Of a stretch of DNA of 48,923 nt, positions 23,362-35,920 are shown in pieces. The notes beneath the pieces are model-generated. The model had not been told where the DNA came from. It saw nothing but the letters and a program-made list of their open reading frames with translations, and did no database searches. The stretch spans positions 1 through 48,923 of the forward strand of contig JAQGDQ010001297.1 in NCBI GenBank assembly GCA_030141605.1, written 5' to 3'. Position 1 is the first letter of the stretch. Every line of letters starts with the position of its first letter. The DNA comes from Tubiluchus corallicola. Its lineage: Eukaryota; Animalia; Priapulida. The position numbers and the translations under genes are program-made.

Positions 23362-25388
23362 TCTTATAAATGAGCTAATTCTCATTTTTCACATGCTGTA
23401 CAAATAATTCCTGTGTTAGGGTAATTAGTTCTTTGAAATACAATACAACCAATGAAATGCAAACATTTAAGTATTCTGATCAGGACGGTTATTATATATA
23501 TATATATGCAGTTGTCGCCACTTAATAGACTCACTTTTTTTATATTATGCTTGTGTTATAAAGTAAATTTCAGTTGCCATTGTTATTATGTTTCTGTTGT
23601 CAGATTTTTATTTCAGTTCTTATTTCAGTTCAGTTTTATTTCAGTTATCTTCAGTTTGATTTTTTTATTATGCACTTACTATTACTGTGTATGAATTGTA
23701 CTAACACGTTATAAGCATATCAATTTAATGTCATTCGTAACAATTAAATTTTTATTATAAGCAGTACTAACACTAATACACTGTAGCATAGCGCTTATAA
23801 AAATGTTCATGACTAAAAAAAGAGCAGCTGACTAGATGACCAATTGGTCTTTCGCTGCCCTTTCTTCACATTTTTCTTGCCAAATTAATTGTATTATAAC
23901 TGTGCGTGTGTTAAAAGATAAATAAAAGATTATTATTATTATTATTTGGGACCGACGTGTTTTGACCCAATTAACCGACTGAACCTATTAACCGATAGGT
24001 GTAGTGTTACTGGTACAGAAGTATGAGTCATCAGCTTCCTATGCACTGCAAAGACTTAATCCATTTTAGAAACGAAGTACTGCCTAAATTCCTTTGTGCA
24101 GTTAAAAATTAAAAAAAATTTAATATGTTAATTTATATAAATGAGTTAACAATAAATTAAACAGTATGCTTTCCTAAATCACACAAGTCTGCTAGATCCT
24201 TACGCTTATGCTCCATTTTTCAAACTTCTTAACTCTCTGCCCTTATTTGCTGTACGATGTTTAGTCTTGTAAGTCACAAGGAATACCGGCTGGTTACTGT
24301 ACCCGTATCTTTGACTGTTACCTCATTAAGCCTGAAAGCATGATTTGCAACGAGAGCATCAAAAGGAAACAGCTAGGCAAGTGATTAAATGTTTAGCTTC
24401 CAGAAATTCTTAGGGTAACGATGTTAATTGCAGTGGGCGAGCAGGTAACAGATTCAAAGCAAAAGCGCTACGCTAGCGTATTAAACGTACCCGTTTACAA
24501 ACTAAACTGTACTTAATATGATTGTTTGTAGATATATAATGCACAAAAGGGAAGTAAAGATGATATCAAAGTAGGAAAGGCTGTTTGGGCACCTATAAAT
24601 GTCTTATTTTAAGTACGTGAAGGAAAAATATTGAGTCAATTACCGATAGTTTTTATGTACATTTGAATAGAAGCGGCCCGTTCCAGACGTTTTTGAGTCA
24701 ATTAAGCGATTGAGTCTATTAACCGTGAGTCTATTAAGCGGCGACTACTGTATTGTCATTGCACTGTAAGTTTGTAATTAGTAACATATAAAAGAAGCAG
24801 CATGTAATTGTTCAGGTCGTCTTCGTGACCAGCTGCATTTTGTTTGTGATTCGCGTCAAACAGCGGATCATGTTTTGTAAAATGTGTTTGTGATAAGGTG
24901 CATGAAACGTAATTTTTTTCTTCCACGTGTTAGTAATCGAATTCGCAGAAATGTTGTTTCTGCTGATAATGATGTAAACATTTAAAAGTTGTAAAAGCTA
25001 AAGCAAAACTTTAATCAGTGAAACTTTTCCATTTTTATATCAAATTCCACACGTAGAAAACATTCTTCATGTCAAGTTGGTTTGTCAAATTGTAAATGTT
25101 GTTTTTGCTGATAATGATGTAAACATTAAGTTGTAAAAGCTAAAGTTGATTTGTCAAATTGTGTAACTGAAATCTTCTGACATCGTAATATCATTTTGAT
25201 GTCGAAATCGGCTGAATGTGGAAAATGTTCTTGTATTTCAGCAGGTATTTTGTTTTCATTACAGGTGGGAACAAGACGGTACATGGCACCTGAAATATTA
25301 GCAGGTTGCTTAGCTTTCAGAAGAGATGCTTTTCTGAAGGTAGACATGTACGCATGTGCCCTGGTTATGTGGGAATTATTATCCAGGT
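23362..25388. other. Unique 2027-bp spacer (loop) of the palindrome
   Basis: No mirror counterpart. Contains intron sequence, a transposon remnant and the 5' part of a kinase exon. Confidence 0.95.
23946..24750. mobile_element. pogo/Tigger-like element remnant in the spacer
   Basis: Right end ...ctattaaccgtgagtctattaagcggcgactactg|ta. Matching attaaccga motifs near 23970-23995, but the left TIR is missing. Confidence 0.6.
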
Positions 25389-25390
25389 GT
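25265..25390 (+). CDS. ACVR2: Activin type II receptor-like, exon E (kinase VIII-IX), cut by the palindrome junction
   Basis: ttacag|GTG GGA ACA AGA gives [10 protein letters not shown]...[10 protein letters not shown]...WELLSRC, in phase 0 with exon D. Homology ends where the right arm starts, and the frame runs on to a stop at 25471. Confidence 0.92.
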
Positions 25391-25499
25391 AGGAGAAATA
25401 AAAATACTGAAGAGTTGCAGTCCAAACTTCTAGCAAACACACTAATATACAAACTGAATTGCATATTATAGATAAGATAGTAAGATACTAAGATAGTAA

Positions 25500-26000
25500 G
25501 ATAACCTAGCCACTGGGGGGGGGGGGGCAAGCCAGCCCAACTCAGTGCCGGTCCCAAGCCCGGATAAATAGGGAGGGTTAGGGTCAGGAAGGGCATCCGC
25601 CTGTGAAAACTGCGCCAAAACCTTCTATGAATGATTCGGTGAGACTTAAAGGGAAAGTCCACAAAGAAGTGGTCAGACCCGCTCTAATCTATGGGCTGGA
25701 AGCAGCTTCTCTAAAGAAGACCGAAGAGAAGAAAATGGGTGTGGTGGAGATGAGGATGTTGAGATGGATGGTGGGAATAACAAGAAGAGATAAAATTAGA
25801 AATAATAATATCAGAGGAACAGTAAAAGTAGTGGAAGCCTTGCAAGATTGCGATGGTATGGACACCTGAAAAGAAGAGTCGTTGAACATCATGTGGGAAG
25901 GGAAGACATAAATGAAGAGATGGTCAACAACAGGAATGCGTGGAGAAGACTCATTCACAACGGCGACCCCGAATAGGGAAAAGCTGGGAAGAAGAAGAAG
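25500..26000 (+). mobile_element. Mirror copy of internally deleted RTE element
   Basis: TSD taagatactaagatagtaa at 25481-25499 and 26001-26019. Confidence 0.88.
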
Positions 26001-26225
26001 TAAGATACTAAGATAGTAATACAGAACTGGAATTTAGTAATTTAGACACGACACACAACAAGAAAATGGACCTGACAGCACTTAGTAAAAGTGTTTAGGA
26101 AAAGCTGTATGGGAAATTTTTCCATGTCTAAGCTGGGTGTGCTTTCATATAAAACAAGCAATAAAATATCATTAAACAGTTTTAATATCGCAGTGCCATG
26201 TGTTTTTATCAGTCTCCAGCTTGGT

Positions 26226-26960
26226 CAGGATCACCAGACATCCCTTATATATGGGACATGTCCCATATTTGATAATTTTGTTTCCTGTCCCGTACTGAAC
26301 TTTCAGGGACACCCAAATGTCCTGTATTTAGTTCATTTTCAAATTTCGTGACAAAAATATATTTTCACTACGTTCTTACGGTTCTTAGTAGTAGCTTTGT
26401 GAGTAATTGTACTTCCTTTTCTCAGATTCTTTTGATACAAATAATCCAAATGTAACAATTAATAAATGTAATGATATTTCTCCGTTGTCTGTATTAAATA
26501 ATTTTCAAATGATTTTACTTTTGTTTATGTAGCAGACTTAGCTTTTTTTGTTAATCTTGCTTACAAATTCGTGCACAAGGCGCCGTCTGTGGCGAGAATG
26601 TAAAGCTTTCGGTTTTGGCCAGTTTTTCTGTTTCTTACCTGCTAGTCACCTGTCTGCTTTTCTCACCTGTGCTCTGAACACTCAGGTTAAGCTACTTTAT
26701 GGGATATGCAGGACATTTATGTACTGATTATGTTACAATAAAACATTCAGTGGTATTAACCTCTGTTGACAGTGTTTCTGTGACTACAGATTACCTCATA
26801 ACACATTAAAATCACTTGCTTCATGTTTTAAACTTATGTCTCTACTTTTATATAATATATTGATATGGGGGTTAGTCATGTATAAATTTACATCTGAATA
26901 TATATAGAAAGAAATTTTAAGAGTGTCCTATAGTTCTAATTTTCTAATCTGGCAATCCTA
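26226..26960. mobile_element. Mirror copy of Blackjack-like hAT element
   Basis: Reverse complement of 21789-22523. Confidence 0.83.
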
Positions 26961-27037
26961 AACTTGGTACATGACTGGCCTAACTATTGTATCCAAAATT
27001 TTATAGAAACACTGAGCAAAATGAGGAGTCAGCATAC

Positions 27038-27732
27038 CTGCATCTGAACATCTTGTAAATCCTTGTTCCCACTAAATGCTATCGCCAAGCCAAAATCAGC
27101 TATGCAAGCCGACAAATCATCTTTCAGTAAAACATTCTTGCTCTTAAAATCCCTGTGAGCGATCGCCGGTTTTCTGCCGACGGTTTTTCCTGCCGGAATC
27201 TCCTCGTGAAGGTAGGCCAATCCTCGCGACATCGTCAACGCAATGCGGCACAACTCCGGCCAACTTACGCAATTCGATTTGAGATAATCGGAAACGGAGC
27301 CGTTCTCGTGGTAATCCGTGAGCAACCAAAACTCCCGCTGTAACCCTTTACCGCATTCCTCCACGGAGACAAAACGGAGCAAGTTCTCGTGATTCATTCG
27401 CGGTAACGAGTAGATGACTTTCTCACGAAGCCACGAATCCTTGTCGGTCACGGGAAACACTTTCAAAGCAACAAAGCGATCGGCAATGTTGGCCTTCCAC
27501 ACGGCACCGTAGCGCCCCCTGGCTTTAACCGCAACCATTTGTACATCGCACATGACATGAACGTGCGGCGTAGTGTCATCAGTGACCAATAAGTGGTTCG
27601 TTGGTGATGGTTTTTCAGAGCGCAGCTTGCTGTATCGGTAAAGCCAAAACACTACAACAATGATGATTACCAACGCCAGTATGGGTACAAATGTGTACAG
27701 CAGAACTCTAAACAACTGGTTCATCTCAGCAT
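27038..27732 (-). CDS. ACVR2: Mirror copy of exon D (no downstream kinase exon on this strand)
   Basis: Reverse complement of 21017-21711 with intact splice sites and one amino-acid change (PVAD to PVTD). Confidence 0.9.
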
Positions 27733-28310
27733 CTGAAACATGTAATAAAAAAAAGTAAAGTAAAGTAAGTAATGCAATAATAAAGTAAAGTAAAGTAAGC
27801 AAAGCAATAATAAAGCAATAATAACGTAAAGTAAATTTCTCCTAACATTTAATGCACCGTACTAACCACTATATGCATTCCTCATGACCACAAACTGGAC
27901 ATTTCTCCTAACAACTTACATTTTTTAATAAATTAATAAAATTGATGACCAGTGAAAATACTGAATCACTATTTATACCACATTACATCACAAAGAAGAG
28001 AATTTTGTCATAGTTTACATGTATCTATACATTTATCGGGAAACAGTCTACAAAAAATAGGGTGTTGCAAGGCACTGAGACTCTTGGGACAATAACTGAC
28101 CACATGTGGACAATAACTGACCACACATTCAGCATTGAGACGTAAAGTAAAGTATTTATTTATCATATCATATCGTATCCTCTGAAAACAGCTTTACGAT
28201 ATCGTAACGTTGGAAGAACGTATCGTATTGTATCATTATCGTACCGCCAAATGTGTATCATTTAACATCCCTACAAGACTGCATAAAACACACGAGCAAA
28301 CATTACTTAC

Positions 28311-28455
28311 CTGTGTAATTATCTGTAACAGGTATAAGATGAGTTGTTGGTGCTGCCAATGGCATCCGTCGCAAATAGATATCAGCATTACACAGGTTAG
28401 TATTACAACAGCAAAACAAGTGGTCATCTGTTGGCGACACAGCCACACACTCACT
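28311..28455 (-). CDS. ACVR2: Mirror copy of exon C
   Basis: Reverse complement of 20294-20438, with MPSAAP changed to MPLAAP. Confidence 0.88.
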
Positions 28456-29435
28456 CTAAAATATGTACCACATAATTAACCACATCAGTAATTAAAATGT
28501 TTAATTTAATCCGTTACATAAACTAGTTATTAGACTTCAAGCCTGTTGCTGAAGAAATCAATTAAAAAACCTAATATTCGTTAAAAGCCAGAAGTTTTGG
28601 TATTTCTAATTCTGAAATCTCACGTAAGTAATCGCACACGCATGTGTGAACAAGAGTTAAACACAGAATATAACTAATTTTGTAACAAGAAGATAGATTG
28701 GAAACAAGGAAATACTGGACAGAAGAAAATCATTTTAATTACTCTAAATTTAAATTTGTCGTATTGTCATACTTTTTTGAGTTTTGGATAGTGCTGCCAC
28801 CTTCAGGTGTTCTTGTTAAAATTGTTAAATCTTTCTCTTTACTGTTTAAATTTTCATTGGCTTCTACAGTCTTTATGAATGCATAATCTCTAAACCTGTT
28901 TTCACACCTAAATGATTTCACCTGTAGTTTTGGTCACTTGGTTTTCTCCTTTTCAACATGACACTACTTCACTGTTTAGGTAGGCACTTCAGAATAAAAT
29001 ATTAAAATTAAATTTCAAGTTTTTTGGTTTCTTCAAACTAAATACTACTAGTAAAAAGATAACAAAACAAACGAGAAGAAACAGATTAAGCTACATACGT
29101 TTAATTAAACTCAAATGACATCAACACCACACACACACACACGCACACGCACGCACACACGCAACGCACGCACGCACACACACAAACAAGAAAAAGAGAC
29201 AAACAATTGCAAATCATACAATCTACAATGGCACACACACACACACACATGCATGCACACACGCACACACACACACACATGCACACACACAAACACACAC
29301 ACACACACACAAACAAGAAAAAGAGACACAATTGCAAATCATACAATCTACAATGGCACACACACATAAAATTATCACCAAAAGAAAAGGCTCATCGGAT
29401 GGTTCAACCTTCATAGAGGTGCAATATCTATTTAC

Positions 29436-29561
29436 CTGTTCACATTCTGGTTGTACTGTATGCCAACATCCTCTATGAAGGACGGTTACCGTACCAGAAT
29501 CATTTCTCCACAATGTGTAACACTGCCCAACATCAGCAACAACCTCATTCGTTGTACAGGC
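29436..29561 (-). CDS. ACVR2: Mirror copy of exon B
   Basis: Reverse complement of 19207-19332 with one synonymous change. Confidence 0.88.
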
Positions 29562-31437
29562 CTGTAAAATCAAGTTCAACAAATGAGAACTGATACTAGC
29601 AGTTCAACACAGTTTCATGTTTACACTAACGTTGCAGTTTTTGATAACTTAATCATCATAAGCCTTTTCACAGTTTCGTTGTGCACACGTGCAGTTGATG
29701 TACCATAGCAACACATCTTAGCTACAACTGTCACGTAATGTATGTGTAAAGCAAACCTGTCTGCCATATCAGTTCAGTAACTTCAGTTGTTTTACTTGGA
29801 TTGTACTTAATTGTGCGTTAGTCTGTGCATACTAGCAGGATCTTGCTTGGGAACAAGAAATAATGAACTAGATAAGATTCTAGCTAGCTGTTAAAAGTGT
29901 TACTATTACAACAGTGTGGGCATTGTCTGGTACACTTAACCTTTGACCTTTTCACGATCATCATCAATCGCTGAAACCATGAAAACGCTTATTGTTCTGT
30001 GATGATGTGCATCTCATATCTGACATTCACATTCACTGTTTAAAAGGATAAAATGTGAAAAACTACAGGCTACAACTGCTGACCTCTGATAAACACATTC
30101 ACTTTGTGCTCAAGACGACACCTTCTTAATTTTAGCATAATTATTCAAGACCATCAGTGGTCACCTTATCAGAGCCCCCGCTCTGGGACCTCTTGCATGT
30201 GTGTAGCTACGCCACTGATGACAGCATCTGACAGCTTGCTATCAATGAGAATCGTTAAGATTCGCACAGTAGCTTTGATTGTCAAACAATCAGTCAAATG
30301 AGGTAAAAAGATAGAAAGCCGCCAACTATTTGATGTAAAAATCAGAGACCCAAGAATCATCTCATCACTGGCAGGGGTCCAAGGCGACAAATTACGCCCC
30401 AAAAAGTTTTGCTTGTATGAGAAAGACTTAAAATGCGAGAGAAGTTGGCAGGTCTGCTAATTCCTTGTCATTGAAAAACCCAGGTACAATGAACAGTGCA
30501 CACCTAGTGCTCAAAAAAGAAAGAGAAAACAGTTTAAAGGACAAGAAAAGGGGCACCTCAAGTAGGTTTCAACAAATCCCCTTTAAAAAATTTTATTACT
30601 TTATAGCAATTTTATACGTACATCGTATTCGTGCTGAAAGGAATTTTTGTTTGTTTACATTTAAAATCTCGCGCAATACTGTGCTGAAGTCGCCATTACA
30701 TGACGTCACTATGCCACATAAATCAGGGGAAGAAAAGGAAATGTTAAATTATGAGCCAAAAAACTTTCCACGCAAATCTATATTACTTAGCATTTGCTTG
30801 CCTGCTGGAAAGACTTATGTAACTAAAAATAATAACTTAAAATGTTTGTGCCAATTGGTAAAATGTCGCTGACTCACCTTCCAGGGTGCACCACTCACTA
30901 ACCAAAAAACGTATTTTTAATCTTATTGACAAGATACAGTAACATGTGTGCTACGAATGCTCTGATTATTTTTTCAAACTTCACGCAATGTTATCTAAAC
31001 TTGTTTCAAACGACTTACGCTAAGAATGGCTGTGCCAAACTGTTATGGCGGGAATTTAAATTTACGAGTTTTATACAGCATTACCGCAAACCCTATATAC
31101 AAAAAGGCAGTATGTGAGCCGTATAAAATTTCAAGACGAATTTTTCAAGCTTTATGTAAGTGGGGAGGGTATTCTTGTTTCTTAAGTTTTGACTTTAATG
31201 GCAAACTAAATTAAGAGACTGAGTGAAATTTTTTAATCCATGTTACTTCTTTTTTGCAAAAATCCTAATGCCGGCCCAGTAAAGTTTTACATGCAGTCAA
31301 AAATAGCTTAGTTTAGCCCAAATAAAAGCTTGAACTGAAATAGCTGAACCCTTCTTTAGATTACAACAGTCTTGACTTCGCCAAAGATAAAGATTCCCCA
31401 CGTTGCTTGAAATGCTCTACCTTACTGGATTTTCACT

Positions 31438-32201
31438 GGAAGTCGATGTGTTTCAAAGGCGAAATTACAGAAACATTTTGGGTATCAGATGGCCAAAGAA
31501 CATTTCAAATAAAGATCTATATGAAAAAATAAAAGAAGAACCTTGGACAAGAAAAATAAAAAGACGCCGTTTAAGATGGATTGGGCGTATGCTTAGACTA
31601 CCTGATGATATTCCAGTGAAGATAGCTCTTCAACAAGCCATAGAACCAGCTAAAAAACCTGCAGGAGGACAAATGTTAACATATTTAGATTTTGCACAGA
31701 AAGATTTAAACACTTCAGCATTGATCCTTAGAAATAAATCCACTTGGGGCATTGCGGCGAGCAGGGAGTCCTGGCATAGGGAGGTGAGCAGTATCATGTC
31801 ACTGGACATGTGATTCATTAGATGATGATGATGATGAACTGGCATAGAGAGGTGAGCAGTATCATGTCACTGGATGTGTGATTCATTAGATGATGATGAT
31901 GATGATGATGATCTGGCATAGGGAGGTGAGCAGAATCATGTCACTGGACATGTGATTCATTAGATGATGATGATGATGATGATGATCTGGCATAGAGAGG
32001 TGAGCAGTATCATGTCACTGGATGTGTGATTCATTAGATGATGATGATGATGATGATCTGGCATAGGGAGGTGAGCAGAATCATGTCACTGGACGTATGA
32101 TTCATTACATGATGATGATGATGATGATGATTATGATGATGATCTGGCATAGGGAGGTGAGCAGAATCATGTCACTGGACGTATGATTCATCGGATGATG
32201 A
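31438..32201 (+). mobile_element. Mirror copy of RTE-like LINE with reiterated 3' end
   Basis: ORF 31403..31813 followed by six (GAT)n-tailed units. Confidence 0.86.
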
Positions 32202-33839
32202 TGGATTTCACTCACATTAGCTTTGAATACAAACAGAACAATAAGGCTCTTAGATTTGCTCCAGCCTTTCACTCAAGCTACTGCATCAAGTACCAAAAGC
32301 CGACACCATTCTTCTGAATAATTTAAACCAGCCGTTAACACTGAGCAGCGAAAGATTGAGATATTTCGTAAACAACCTAAGAATGGCCGTCACGGGGTCA
32401 ATGTTCAAGAACATCTCAAACCAGTTGCAACAAGTATGATTTCGTATAGTTTCATTGTCTGTTTCAGGTGACAATACCTTTTATTGACACAGCAAGCAGA
32501 GAAAATCTGTAGTGATTATAGGTTGGAATGCGAACAATAACAAACAAGAAAGCTGATACTAGTAATTGTACAGAGCAACTTTTTTTCTAGAACAGTGACA
32601 GCCATTTACATTTGAAGTGTCTTATTTCAAAATCAATTTTTACAAAATAATTTTGATTTCATTAATATCATGGACTGTGTTATCGATAATTCTCCAGCTT
32701 GTGCAACAAATATGACCAACTATATGATCTAACCAAAAATCACTCGAGAATACTAAATTCTCTATTAACTCATCGTTCAGTTCCTAATCTTATGATTAGT
32801 ACTGAAGAGGTAATAAATACTTTTGAACTGAAATTACATTCTGCTGAAAATTAAGATTTCCTCTACTAATCCCTGTGCATTATTACCTTGCTACAATAGA
32901 ATTATGGACAATTAAAGCACAATACAAATCAGAAATTGATGCATTTCAAAGAAGAAACTACAGGAACTCTCTAGGAATAAAATGACCAAAAATATCAAAC
33001 CAGAATCAGTAAAATTAAGTCAAAATCAAAAGGAGAAGATTAAGATGGATAGAACATGTTATACGACTACCAGATGGCAGCACATTAAAATTACCTTTCA
33101 AAGAAGCAGTGCAGAAAGAAAAGAAACCACAAGGAGGACAGCTGCCGACTTACATTAATTTCATCCAAAATTTTTTTATCAACACTCAATTAGATATCAA
33201 AGATACAGAGACATGGGAGGCTGTGGGGGACAGGGCAGCATGGAGTAAAGTGATCAGGGGGTCATGTCAGACGACATGTAATGATGAATAGGTCCAGTGT
33301 GAGTACATAAGCGTGAATTTTAATTAAAACAAGCAATATGGCAGATCAGTTTTGCTAATTTTCTTTTAGGTAATGTCTATTAACCTACACTACACTACAC
33401 TCTAAACACTCAACTCCTTCAGAACTGCACCATTCAAAATAGGTCTTATAAGACCTATGACTTTCTGCTGCTGTATGAGCACAGACATAACTAAATGATT
33501 ACAAATTACGTACTGTTCTATTTAGGAGAATCTCGGCGGTCCAATATGCTATTTGTTTAAACATTTATAAGTGATTTTATTGAATAAAATTAAGAAAAAC
33601 AAGTCCTTTTCAGACACTCCAACTTAGCCTATTGAGTAGCTTGGTCTGGTGTACACTTGCGTAACTGTACACACTAATATATTGATCACTTGCTTACTAC
33701 AACCCAAGCTGTACAGTGTTCTGTTGCTATTCCAGGAAAAACCAACCAATCAGCCAAGGATAAATTAAGGTCGTTTCATCTTTTAACACAAATTTCTCCT
33801 TAAAAATAGGGTAGATTTGAAGCCAAAGTGTATAAGAGT

Positions 33840-34244
33840 TAGGGGTGAGCATTCTCTACCAGAAAGCGAATTCGAATCGAACCGAATTTGTGACTTTCGA
33901 ATTCAAATCGAACCGAACTTCAGTGTTTCGAATTCGAACCGAATTCGAATTGAGATCGAAAGATTTTCGAACAAGTTTCGAACCACCTGTAAAATTAGTC
34001 TTACAAAGATCATGTATATCACTAGATTTTGTTCCGCAATAAAACGACTAGTAATTTCTTTAAAATTGTGTGCAGAAATCACTGCTAAATTACGCTAATT
34101 GCATGATGTTTCAATCGTTTTAGTGATAAAGAACATGTGTGATTGAAGTGCTGAATTATTCGAATCTATAGTTTTGGATTCGAATCGAGTTCGAACTAAA
34201 AAAACTCGTTCGAATTGAATTCGAACGTTCGATGCTCACACCTA
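33840..34244. mobile_element. Mirror copy of hAT MITE
   Basis: Reverse complement of 14536-14940, TSD ataagagt. Confidence 0.92.
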
Positions 34245-34687
34245 ATAAGAGTCTTGTGTCTGGATAGTTGAAATTTTCTGCATTAGCCAATTTAGCACAA
34301 GTGATACTGTACATTGTTACAGTGCAAACACTGCAGCTGCTGAAAGCTTTTGTCAATTTTTTTGTTAAAATTATCCGATTTTTAATTCGTCTAAGGTAAG
34401 CAAATGCATGTCATGTATAATTTTGCATTAAAACCCATTGTGTGAGGTGTAGAAACCTACAAAAATTACAAAATACAACGTAATCGCCGCGTAGTGAGAA
34501 CAGTTTTTTAAGAACCCATGCAAAATGGAGCAAACACTTACGGTACGGAAAAACTTAAACCTACTCGCTTTTCATTTGGCTACTATCCCATTCAAATATG
34601 AAAGTTGGAGATACGGTGAAATTTTAAATTCATAAAAATGCAATCATGACCACAAGTTAAACTTGCTGAAGGAACGTGAAGCCATAC

Positions 34688-34770
34688 CTCAATGCAAGTG
34701 TGATTTCCAGACAACTTACAGGCTTCATCATAAAAATGACACTGAATGGATGCTGCGTTCACCATGACAG
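34688..34770 (-). CDS. ACVR2: Mirror copy of exon A
   Basis: Reverse complement of 14010-14092. Confidence 0.72.
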
Positions 34771-35146
34771 CTGCAAAAAATCAATACATTCTTAAAAACA
34801 CAATTAAATTCAATTCAATTTATTCGTCCCTTTTACACAATATGCTGCATTCACCATGACAGCTGCAAAAAATCAATACATTCTTAAAAACACAATTCAA
34901 TTCAATTTATTCGTCCCTTTTACACAATATAACAATATACAATATTTAATTGTGAAAAAAACTACTATGATAATTGACATGGGGTAACAAAAGACCAAGA
35001 GGTCACCTAGCCGCCACCCTATATCTGCAACATTAATTAGTTTGGTTAATTATGCGACACTAGTGCGAGACTTATGTAATAAATATTAGTAATTAGGTCG
35101 TATTAGTTTAATTTGAGGAAAACAGTGCATCGAAATGACAAAAAAA

Positions 35147-35147
35147 A

Positions 35148-35192
<45 letters not shown>

Positions 35193-35221
35193 GCTACTAC
35201 TACTACTACTACTACTAATAA

Positions 35222-35301
<80 letters not shown>

Positions 35302-35364
35302 GCTTCTACTACTACTACTACTACTACTACTACTGCATTACTAATACTACTACTACTACTACTA

Positions 35365-35426
<62 letters not shown>

Positions 35427-35427
35427 G

Positions 35428-35493
<66 letters not shown>

Positions 35494-35588
35494 CAACAAT
35501 AATAAGAATAATAACAACAGCAACAACAACAGCAGCAGCAGCAGCAACAGCAACAATAGCAACAACAACAACAATAATACTAATAATA
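35147..35588. repeat. Mirror compound trinucleotide microsatellite
   Basis: AAT/ACT/AAC/AGC runs. Confidence 0.96.
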
Positions 35589-35920
35589 AAGATGCATAAA
35601 AATAGCAGAAAGAATATTGTGTCAAAAATCAATAACAGTTGCAGTAATATTTGCAATACGTTAGAAAAAAAATTATATGTGTAATAAAGAATGCAACCTG
35701 CTTTTAACAAACAAAATTTATTACTTCAATTAAAAAATGCACCTTGAATTTAAAATAACTTTTTACTCTTTGAAAATAATATATGAGATGTTAATCCAAA
35801 CTCCAGAAAGGTGTCACAATAACTAATGCATAATTATTTAATAACAAACAACTTCATCTAATACGGTAACATTTCAGCTAGGATAACACTGCAAGTTAAA
35901 CTATTTAAAACAGAAAAACA

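Noticed and set aside
24950-25165. Short local duplication upstream of exon E
   Set aside because: About 50-bp intronic duplication with no link to the junction or splice site that I can show.
25500-25620. HDV-like ribozyme at the RTE 5' end
   Set aside because: I could not build the nested double-pseudoknot topology by eye. Only hairpins and a simple pseudoknot are apparent.
27733-27802. Hydrophobic N-terminal extension of the 257-aa ORF as a signal peptide
   Set aside because: Comes from a (tttac)n intronic repeat upstream of a clear acceptor. The ectodomain exons splice in at that acceptor.
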